Below are positions 11,775 through 22,187 of a DNA stretch of 64,000 nt, one piece after another; the stretch's first letter is position 1; each line of letters starts with the position of its first letter. Source of the DNA: Eledone cirrhosa (Eukaryota). Position numbers and translations under genes: made by a program. The notes under the pieces are model-generated. The model was not told the origin of the DNA. It saw only the letters and a list, made by a program, of their open reading frames with translations, and did not search any database. The DNA lies in NCBI GenBank assembly GCA_964016885.1, contig OZ024750.1, positions 54,746,001 through 54,810,000 of the forward strand, written 5' to 3'.

Positions 11775-13157
11775 TTGTACCGCGATGACGCACTTCTACT
11801 TATAGAATATAAAAAATCTAATATAGAAAGAACTAGAAAACAACTGCATAAGACATTCAAAAACTTTAACCTTAGCATCACCATGGACAAAAACACTAAA
11901 AGTGTTAACTTCCTAGACGCCACACTATACCTAGACTCAAAAATATACACACCTTTCCACAAGCCTAACGAAAAACTCATTTACGTAGATACCAAGTCTA
12001 ATCACCCTAGATCAATATTAAACTCTATCTCTAAGGGGGTGTCCAATAGAATCTCTAGTCTGTCCTATGACGCAAACATATTTAGCAAAAACTCACAATA
12101 TTACAATCAAGCATTAGCTAGATCCGGCCATAATATAGAAATTGAGTTCCTACCTAAGAAAACACATAGCTACAACATCATCTCGCACAACATGTCCATG
12201 AGGAAACCTAATAATAGGAATAGCAACCACAAGTACACCAAAGCGGAGGGTGCCACCGGAAGTAACCATTACCACGGAAACTACTGTGGTGCCTTAGGAA
12301 GAAACAACACACCAAACACTAAAAACAAAAATAGAAGAAGAAATAATACATTTTTCAACCCCCCTTTCAACCTAAATGTCTCCACCAACATACCTAGGGC
12401 TTTCTTCTCACTACTAGATAAAAACCTCCCCCTAGGATACAAGTACCACAACCTTTTAAACAAAAACACTATTAAAATCTCATACTCTACGACGCCTAAC
12501 TTAGCATACCACATAGCTAGCAGCAATAAAAGTAAAATTAATTCTTACTTCCAACAAACGAAATCACAACAGGATGCAAACCTTCTAAATACCTCTGTAG
12601 CAAGCAACCATAGTAACGGCAGGAATAATAGAAATAACACTAGTATAAGAAATAACACCGGGGTTGACAACCCGAATGTCCAAAATCCTATAGCTACCAC
12701 CCAGACTTCTGCACTGCAGTATAACCAGCAGACTAACACACAGGATAATTGTAACTGTAGAGCTAATAGAACCTGCCCTTTAGTTAAAAAATGCCTAACC
12801 AAGGATATCATATACTCATGCACCGTCACAACTAGCAACTCATCAGAAACCTATGTAGGCTCCACTTCTAACTGCTTCAAAATCAGATATAATTCGCACA
12901 TCCACTCGTTCAAAAAGCACAGCCTAGCCAACTCCACCTCACTATCTAGCTACATACACTATCTAAAAACTAAAAATAAACCATACACACTCAAATGGGA
13001 AATGATAGTCAGCGCGACTTCGTACAAACCACCTAATAAATTTTGTAACCTCTGTATACTAGAGACCCACAATATTATCTTCTCCAACCGTAACCTACTT
13101 AACAAAAAATCTGAGGTGTTTGCAACTTGCCAGCACCGCTTCAGACATTCCTTATAA
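11775..13157 (+). mobile_element. 5'-truncated Penelope-like element ORF: RT C-terminus/thumb, linker, C-terminal GIY-YIG endonuclease (open for 460 codons)
   Basis: YRDD, VNFLD, KSNHP, FNPP, CNC..CPL..C, IIY..YVGST..FK.RY..H, CNLC..E, LLNKKSE..CQH. Confidence 0.9.
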
Positions 13158-14627
13158 AACTTTAAGCCCAATATATAGCAATGTCGGACTTGAACCAAAC
13201 ACCACATCTAGCATCAAACACCAGGGGCACACCTTATACCACATACACAACACTAACTGATCTAATATAACACAAACAACGACATCCCTCTGGAACCCTT
13301 CGCAGGGAGAATACCCATTTATACCTCTACGTTAGGTGTGACAACATCCACCCACTTGAACTGCACTACACCGCTCTATAGGTAATTTAAGCATGAATTG
13401 ATTGGTTTGGTAGTGTTGTGCGGAGGAAGTGCCTTCCTTAGACAGATGAAAAACGATTTAATCTAGTAACGCTGTTGAGCAGTAGGACCAGGACGCTGAG
13501 TGCAGAGAATGAATGTATTACAACTGGCGTGCGGGTTGTACATATATGGATGATTTGACGGTCAGAGAGGGGTCGTGAGGACTGCGGATTGACCTTTGGC
13601 CGGACCTGGTGATGATTATCTTTCGACATCCAATGTAGCAAGCGATGACCCAGAACTTACCAGAGATCATTGTGTCTTGAAGTGATTCTGCAATCACCGC
13701 GCCTGGTCCTATGAGTAGACCACAACCACAGAGATCATTAATTTAGAATCCTCGCTCATCGCCTATAATATTCATTGGTGGCACCCTACGATGGGGGTTA
13801 ATTCACCATAATAATACGAACACCTTCAGCACAACTTAATAAACTACTCTATAGGTAAAACACTTTATGCTTTAGAAATTTTTTGGAAGTTGCGCATAAC
13901 CATAGAAATTAGGGTCTATATTGAGACACATTTCAATAGCTAGGTATAGAAACCCCGGAGTTACCTCCCCTCATGCATTAACTCCCCTTAGCCACACACA
14001 CACTTCCGGATAGTATTCAATGTCGTTTCTCGAAACGTAGCAGCCTCCTGTATTGAACTAAAGAACATCAGACTACGATTCTCTAACTGGATTGTCAAAC
14101 GCTCAATATCGAATTGTCGTGGATTATGTGAGGGGCATATAATCGAAAAATACACTCCCCTGACCATGAAAATGTCGAAGTACATGAAGTACTTGTCATC
14201 CCTTCGCTGTGCATCTCCAAGACTTTTAATATTTTTAATGCTTGCACTATTTTTAATGCTTATATCATTTCTCCACACACAGACTATAACAATCATATAA
14301 AGAATTTGCCACCAGATCAACCAACCTAACACTCTTGTTTACCTGCTTAAGTGCCTCTACTACACGTATCTCTCTGCCACACTATATAAACAAGACACAC
14401 GTGCTTGCCACACATATAACATTTGCACTATATAACCGCTTATCTTCATGTTGTATTTTAACCTGTATTTTTGATTTTTGATTGTACCTTTTGATATGAA
14501 TGTAATCTCGAAGTGTGTACTGCCACTCTAAATTCTGTAATGAATGTTGACCCACAATATTTGCATATGTATCAGTATGTCTCTTGGCTGAAAAGGAGGT
14601 CATATAACTGTCCATTCATTAATAAAT

Positions 14628-14674
14628 TGCTCCGAAGAATCCAAACCTCGGTTTGGAGGAAACAGCTGTAAGCA
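14628..14674 (+). ncRNA. Hammerhead ribozyme with variant core (CCGAAGA) downstream of the Penelope ORF
   Basis: tgct-CCGAAGA-tccaaacc/ggtttgga-GAAA-cagctg-TA-agca; stem III is the palindrome ACAGCTGT. Confidence 0.7.
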
Positions 14675-14878
14675 CAATAATGTTTTGAACAGTTCTTTGA
14701 TTCTTATATTTCATATAACTCCTCTGTAAATCATCTGATGTTTTTACATTGAGCTACTTAACTTACTGGTAATAAGGTAGTAATACATTACTGCCTACCA
14801 CTATTTAGGGTTTGTATAAAAAATACATATAACTGCAAAAGGTTTTTGTATTTACATAACCATAAATAGTATAATTAA

Positions 14879-14940
<62 letters not shown>

Positions 14941-15258
14941 TATATATCATATATATATCATATATATCATATATATATATGATATATATATATATATATA
15001 TTATTATTTATCTGTTGCTTTCGTTTGCCTCTCTTATTTTTTCCTTGTTCCTTTTCACCTCCTCCTTTCTTTCTCTCCCCTCTATTTCTCTGTTTTTTCT
15101 TTACCTCCGTTTCTTCTTTCTCTCCGTCTTTTTTCTAACTGTGCTTAACACTATAACTAAATAAGTATAAACAAATCACTACCCAGACAGCTTCCTAATT
15201 TAATGGTCGCTTATAATATGGTACGTCAAAATTATTTATAAAACTGTTTATATATTGT

Positions 15259-15322
15259 ATTTTATCTGACGAAGGCATGCCATATTTTTAATATGGTATC
15301 CCTGAAATATGTATAATGAAAT
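15259..15322 (+). ncRNA. Minimal hammerhead ribozyme
   Basis: attttat-CTGACGA-aggcatgccatatt/aatatggtatccct-GAAA-tatgta-TA-atgaaat. Confidence 0.8.
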
Positions 15323-15370
15323 AAATATTGTTCTATAAATATAGTTTCCATTTGTTTAATATCGTATATA

Positions 15371-15413
<43 letters not shown>

Positions 15414-15549
15414 ATATATGATATATATATATACAAATTCACCTCGTGGACGAGAATGCAAGCACTCCTCCTCTTTGTTTCGGCCGCGGATGGCTAACAT
15501 AACCCCATCTCCCCCCAAAACTAGCCCTAACACTAACCCGAATACTAAT

Positions 15550-15880
15550 CCAGGCAGGCCTAGGTAAAGAAGAGAAAGACAAAAGGAGTGATGCTCCTTG
15601 AATTTTGTGATGCAAGTGTACTAACCATTTGCAACACTAACTTCCAGAAACCTGCCAACCACATAATAACCTACAAATCTCAAGAAGCCAGATTGACTTC
15701 TCGGTAGTTAGGCAGCGACACAGACAGATGGTGTCAAGTGCCAGGGTATGCCTCGGGGAGGAATGTGCCCCACAGTGTAGGTTGGTCGTTGGTGATGTCT
15801 CGGGGAGCATGAGATGGAGTTAGACGTGCAGGAGGGTATGGGGAGGAGGGGTCTGGAAGCTGGGAGACCTTTCGCTGAAT
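15550..15880 (+). mobile_element. Degenerate RTE endonuclease-region fragment
   Basis: Similar to 864-890 and 1045-1340. Confidence 0.7.
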
Positions 15881-15881
15881 T

Positions 15882-17530
15882 ATAAGTTGTGGTGTGTGGG
15901 AGAGAAGACTGAGATGGTATGGACATGTGATGAGTTGAGAGATAAACTGTGTATAAGAGGGATAAGTTGTAATGTGGGAGAGAAGACTGAGATGGTATGG
16001 ACATGTGATGTGTTGAGAGAGAAACTGTGTATAAGAGGGATAAGTTGTGGTGTGTGGGAGAGAAGGCTGAAATGGTATGGACATGTGATGTGTTGAGAGA
16101 GTAACTGTGTATAAGAGAGATAAGTTGTAGTGTGTGGGAGAGAAGACTGAGATGGTATGGATATGTGATGAGTTGAGAGAGAAACTGTGTATAAGAGGGA
16201 TAAGTTGTGGTGTGTGGGAGAGAAGACTGAGATGGTATGGACATGTGATGTGTTGAGAGAGAAACTCTGTCTGAGAGGGATAGAATGTAGTGTATGAGAG
16301 AGGAGACTGAGGTGGTATGGACATGTAATGTGTTGAGAGAGAAACTGTGTATAAGAGGGATAAGTTGTGGTGTGTGGGAGAGAAGACTGAGATGGTATGG
16401 ACATGTGATGTGTTGAGAGAGAAACTGTGTCTGAGAGGGATAAGTTGTGGTGTGTGCGAGAGAAGGCTGAGATGGTATGGACATGTGAAGTGTTGAGAGA
16501 GAAACTGTGTCTGAGAGGGATAGAATGTAGTGTGTGAGAGAGAAGACTGAGATGGTATGGACATGTGATGAGTTGAGAGAGAAACTCTGTCTGAGAGGGA
16601 TAAGTTGTAGTGTGTGGGAGAGAAGACCGAGATGGTATGGACATGTGATGTGTTGAGAGAGAAACTGTGTATAAGAAAGATAAGTTGTAGTGTGTGGGAG
16701 AGGGCTGTGATGGTATGGACATGTGATGAGTTGAGAGAGAAACTGTGTATAAGAGGGATAAGTTGTAGTGTGTGGGAGAGAAGACCGAGATGGTATGGAC
16801 ATGTGATGTGTTGAGAGAGAAACTGTGTATAAGAAAGATAAGTTGTAGTGTGTGGGAGAGGGCTGTGATGGTATGGACATGTGATGAGTTGAGAGAGAAA
16901 CTTTGTATAAGAGGGATAAGTTGTGGTGTGTGGGAGAGAAGACTGAGATGGTATGGACATGTGATGAGTTGAGAGAGAAACTGTGTATAAGAGGGATAAG
17001 TTGTGGTGTGTGGGAGAGAAGACTGAGATGGTATGGATATGTGATGTGTTGAGAGAGAAACTGTGAATAAGAGGGATAAGTTGTGGTGTGTGTGGGAGAG
17101 AAGACTGAGATGGTATGGACATGTGATGTGTTGAGAGAGAACCTGTGTATAAGAGGGATAAGTTGTGGTGTGTGGGAGAGAAGACTGAGATGGTATGGAC
17201 ATGTGATGTCTTGAGCGAGAAACTGTGTATAAGAGGGATAAGTTGTGGTGTGTGGGAGAGAAGACTGAGATGGTATGGACATGTGATGTGTTGAGAGAGA
17301 AACTGTGAATATTAGGGATAAGTTGTGGTGTGTGGGAGAGAAGACTGATATGGTATGGACATGTGATGTGTTGAGAGAGAAACTGTGTATAAGAGGCATA
17401 AGTTGTGGTGTGTGGGAGAGAAGGCTGAGATAGTATGGACATGTGATGTGTTGAGAGAGAAACTGTGTATAAGAGGGATAAGTTGTAGTGTACGGGAGAG
17501 GAGACTGAGGTGGTATGGACATGTGATGTG
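15882..17530 (+). repeat. ~80-bp tandem array (~20 copies) derived from RTE ORF C-terminal coding sequence
   Basis: The unit encodes LREKLCIRGISCSVWERRLRWYGHVM and matches 8860-8932; the last unit runs into the LINE 3' end. Confidence 0.92.
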
Positions 17531-17766
17531 CATGGAGGATGACCGCTGGGTAAAGAAGTGCCAGGAAATCCCAGTTGAAGGAAGACGTGGTAGAGGTAGA
17601 CCACAAAAAACATGGGCGGAGGTGGTGAGAACAGACCTCAGATCGCTGAAGCTCACGGTGGAGATGATGAAGGACCATGACAAGTGGAGAAATGCTGTGC
17701 TGAATAGGACCCGTCCCACCCTTGCAAGCAGGGAAGAGTGGACGTAAGATGATGATTATGATGATT
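17531..17766 (+). mobile_element. RTE LINE 3' end with (GAT)n tail
   Basis: GRRGRGRPQKTW...PTLASREEWT*; near-identical to 8935-9171. Confidence 0.9.
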
Positions 17767-18075
17767 ACATTGACCATTGCTGGCATTCTTCTCATCAATA
17801 ACAAAGTAACCATCAAACAACACTTGAAAGTGATTTATAAAATTTATAAATTTTAAATCTCAATTTAATTCCAAAGAGAAGAAACCTGAACATTTTTCTC
17901 TGAGAGTTCCATTCCACCCTGAAGAAGGGATTTTAAAACCCAAAATATTAGGACAAAAAACAACAGCAACAACAAAACAAAGATAACCAGGTAACTTACT
18001 TTTTCATTACCTTCATCTGACAGTCTATTTTACATCGTTTAACTTTATATCACTTGCCCCATTATATATTATATA

Positions 18076-18325
18076 TAATTGTTTCTACTTTTGGCACAAG
18101 GCCAGCAATTACCCAGTGCATTACTGGTACTATTAATAATTGTGTCTACTTTTGGCACAAGGCCAGCAATATATAGTGCATTACTGGTACTTTATTTTAT
18201 CGACCCCGTAAGGATGAAAGGCAAAGTTAACCTCGGCGGGATTTGAACTCAGAATGGCAAGGGCCGTAACTCTATGCGTCAAAGCATGGCGTCCGACCCT
18301 CTACCGATACTGCCAAGCCCCCGCC
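18076..18325 (-). mobile_element. tRNA-headed SINE (Nin/Deu-domain-like) with duplicated tail
   Basis: Reverse complement of 18333-18522; extra tail copy at 18076-18130. Confidence 0.8.
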
Positions 18326-18332
18326 ATTATAG

Positions 18333-18522
18333 GGCAGTGGATTGGCAGTATCGGTTGAGGGTCAGACGCCATACTTTGACGCATAGAGTTACCTCCCTTT
18401 ACGGTCCGAGTTCAAATCCCGCCGAGGTTAACTTTGCCTTTCATCCTTACGGGGTCGATAAAATAAAGTACCAGTAATGCACTGGGTAATTGCTGGCCTT
18501 GTGCCAAAAGTAGAAACAATTA
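18333..18522 (+). mobile_element. tRNA-headed SINE (Nin/Deu-domain-like)
   Basis: A-box TGGCAGTATCGG, B-box GAGTTCAAATCC, central gcctttcatccttacggggtcgataaaataaagtaccag. Further copies near 18884, 36607 and 51583. Confidence 0.8.
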
Positions 18523-18652
18523 TATATAATATACAATGCTTCAAGCAAACTGCAATATTTTAATATTTAAATAATATTAACTTCTTAACATCCTGTAATG
18601 ATTTAGCAGAAAATATCTCAAAATAGGTTTGTTAATTCAAATATTTATAGTC

Positions 18653-18886
18653 TGGTGGACAGATTGTTGTGGATATTTACAGGATTACAGTAAAGACTTT
18701 AATATTTAATGTGATGTAGTCATAGTGTTGTTTTGTACTAAATGTTTATAGTATCTTTACTGGTGGACAGATTGTTGTGGATATTTACAGGATTACAGTA
18801 AAGACTTCAATATTTAATGTGATGTAGTCATAGTGTTGTTTTGTACTAAATGTTTATAGTATCTTTACTGGTAGACAGATTGTTGC
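18653..18886 (+). repeat. ~107-bp tandem duplication (~2.2 copies)
   Basis: ctgg(t)ggacagattgttg recurs at ~18653, ~18759 and ~18868. Confidence 0.8.
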
Positions 18887-19371
18887 CTTTCATCCTTACG
18901 GGGTCGATAAAATAAAGTACCAGTAATACACTGGGATAATTGCTGGCCTTGTGCCAAACATAGAAACAATTATTACTATTTAAATATTAAAAAAGAAAAC
19001 AAGAAATACAAACTGTATGTTTGGTTGACAGCATCACAACCTAACTTACCAGGTATTTGGTCTTGCGGCAATGTCTCTGCAGCAGGATTTGAAGCTTGTG
19101 ATACTGAGATGGATATGAGGACAGCTTGAGGTGAAATGCCTTGAAGCACACCCTAGATATGGGAAATAATGGAAGGAGAGACATGTTTGAAGGAGACCCT
19201 TATATACTTAACATGTATTTGTCTGTTTCAGTAACCGTTTTGATGACAACTTGAAATCAGCCTTGGTTCCATGGTAAGATCATCACCATCAAGACAAACA
19301 CCACCATAAACATCATCACCATCATAACCAGTATCATCATCATCATCATCAGTCATCACTATCATCATCAT

Positions 19372-22187
19372 CAAGGACAAAATCAGTCCTCAAGCAGAGC
19401 TACTGAACTCTATGACAGGTCAAGGACAAAGTCAGTCCTCAAGCAGAGCTACTGACCTCTAAGACAGGTCATCAATGACCAAGTCAGTCCTCAAGCAGAG
19501 TTACTGACCTCTATGACAGGTCATCAAGGACCAAGTCAGTTCTAAAGCAGAGCTATTGACCGCTAAGACAGGTCATCAAGGACCAAGTCAGTCCTCAAGC
19601 AGAGCTACTGACATCTAAGACAGATCATCAAGGACCAAGTCAGTGCTCAAGCAGAGCTACTGACCTCTAAAACAGGTCTTCAAGTGCCAAGTCAGTGCTC
19701 AAGCAGAGCTACTGACCTCTAAAACAGGTCTTCAAGTGCCAAATCAGTCCTCACGCAGAGCTATGGACCTCTAAGACAGGTCAAGGAAAAAGTCAGTCGT
19801 CAAGCAGAGCTACTGACCTCTAAGACAGGTCATCAAGGACCAAGTCAGTCCTAAAGCAGAGCTACTGACCTCTAAGACAGGTCATCAAGGACCAAGTCAG
19901 TCCTCAAGCAGAGCTACTCACCTCTAAGACAGGTAATCAAGGACCAAGTCAGATCTCAAGCAGAGCTACTGACCTCTAAGACAGGTCATCAAGGACCAAG
20001 TCAGTCCTAAAGCAGAGCTACTGACCTCTAAGACAGGTCATCAAGGACCAAGTCAGTCCTCAAGCAGAGCTACTGACCTCTAAGACAGATCATCAAGGAC
20101 CAAGTCAGTCCTCAAGCAGAGCTACTGACCTCTAAGACAGGTCAAGGACCAAGTCAGTCCTCAAGCAGAGCTACTGACCTCTAAGAGAGGTCAAGGACCA
20201 AGTCAGTCCTAAAGCAGAGCTACTGACCTCTAAGACAGGTCATCAAGGACTAAATCAGTCCTCAAACAGAGCTACTGACCTCTAAGACAGGTCAAGGACA
20301 AAGTGAGTCATCAAGCAGAGCTACTGACCTCTAAGACAGGTCATCAAAGACCAAGTCAGTCTACAAGCAGAGCTACTGACCTCTAAAACAGGTCATCAAG
20401 GACTAAGTCAGTCCTCAAGCAGAGCTACTGACCTCTAAAACAGGTCATCAAGGACCAAATCAGTCCTCAAGCAGAGCTACTGACCTCTAAGACAGATCAA
20501 GGACAAAGTCAGTCGTTAAGCAGAGCTACTCACCTCTAAGACAGATCATCAAGGACCAAGTCATACCTCAAGCAGAGCTACTGACCTCTAAGACAGGTCA
20601 TCAAGGACCAAGTCAGACCTCAAGCAGAGCTACTGACCTCTAAGAGAGGTCATCAAGGACCAAATCAGTCCTCAAGAAGAGCTACTGACCTCTAAGACAG
20701 GTCATCAAGGACCAAGTCAGTCCTCAAGCAGAGTTACTGACCTCTATGACAGGTCATCAAGGACCAAGTCAGTCCTAAAGCAGCAATACTGACCTCTAAG
20801 ACAGGTCATCAAGGTCCAAGTCAGTCCTCAAGCAGAGCTACTGACCACAATGACAGGCCATCAAGGACCAAGTCAGTCCTCAAGCAGAGCTACTGACCTC
20901 TGAGACAGGTCATTAAGGACAAAGTCAGTCGTCAAGCAGAGCTACTGACCTCTAAGACAGGTCCAGGACCAAATAAGTCCTCAATCAGAGCTAGTGACCT
21001 CTAAGACAGGTCAAGGACCAAGTCAGTCCTAAAGCAGAGCTACTGACCGCTAAGACAGGTCATCAAGGACCAAATCAGTCCTCAAGCAGAGCTACTGACC
21101 TCTAAGACAGGTCATTAAGGACCAAATAGGTGCTAAAGCAGAGCTACTGACCTCTATGACATGTCATCAAGGACCAAGTCAGTCCTCAAGCAGAGCTACT
21201 GACCTGTAAGACAGGTCATCAAGGACCAAGTCAGTCCTCAAGCAGAGCTTCTGACCTCTAATACAGGCAATCAACGACCAAGTCAGTCCTCAAGCAGAGC
21301 TACTGACATCTATGACAGGTCATCACAGACCAAGTCAGTCCTAAAGCAGAGCTCCTGACCTCTAAGACAGGTCAAGGACCAAGTCAATCATCAAGCAGAG
21401 CTACAGACCTCTAAGACAGGTCATCAAGGACCAAGTCAGTCCTCAAGCAGAGCTACTGACCTCTAAGACAGGTCATCAAGGACCAAATCAGTCCTCAAGC
21501 AGACTTACTAACCTCAAAGACAGGTCAAGGACAAAGTCAGTCATCAAAGAGAGCTACCGACCTCTAAGACATCACGGAACAAGTCAGTCCTCAAGCAGAG
21601 CTACTGACCTCTAAGAGAGGTCATCAAGGACCAAGTCAGTCCTCAAGCAGAGCTACTGACCTCTAAGACAGGTGAAGGACCAAGTCAGTCCTCAAGCAGA
21701 GCTACTGACCTCTAATACAGGCAATCAACGACCAAGTCAGTCCTCAAGCAGCTACTGACCTCTATGACAGGTCATCACAGACCAGGTCAGTTCGCAAGCA
21801 GAACCAATGACGTCTAAGACAGGTCATCAAGGACCAAGTCAGTCCTCAAGCAGAGCTACTGACCTCTAAGACACGTCATCAAGGACCTAGTCAGTCCTCA
21901 AACAGAGCTACTGACCTCTAAGACAGGTCAAGGACCAAGTCAGTTCCCAAGCAGAGCTACTGAGCTCTAAGACAGGTCATCAAGGACCAAGTCAGTCCTC
22001 AAGCAGAGCTACTGACTTCTAAGACAGGTCATCAAGGACCAAGTCAGTTCTCAAGCAGAGCTACTGACCTCTAAGACAGGTCAGCAAGGACCAGGTCAGT
22101 CCTCAAGCAGAGCTACTGACCTCTAAGAGAGGTCATCATGGACCAAGTCAGTCCTCAAGCAGAGCTACTGACCTCTAAGAGAGGTCA
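19372..22187. repeat. 52/49-bp satellite, ~55 copies
   Basis: Unit caaggaccaagtcagtcctcaagcagagctactgacctctaagacaggtcat. Confidence 0.95.

Noticed and set aside
15708-17816. Long minus-strand ORFs (702, 577, 462 aa)
   Set aside because: Antisense frames of the 80-bp LINE-derived array that happen to lack stops; all three frames are open.
17917-17952. CTGAAGA hammerhead-like motif
   Set aside because: GAAA box absent (CAAAA) and stems weak; at most a decayed remnant.
19372-22187. Box C/D (TGATGA...CTGA) or hammerhead-like motifs on the minus strand of the 52-bp unit
   Set aside because: No terminal stem flanking the boxes, no GAAA box, and TGATGA is lost in the 49-bp variants.
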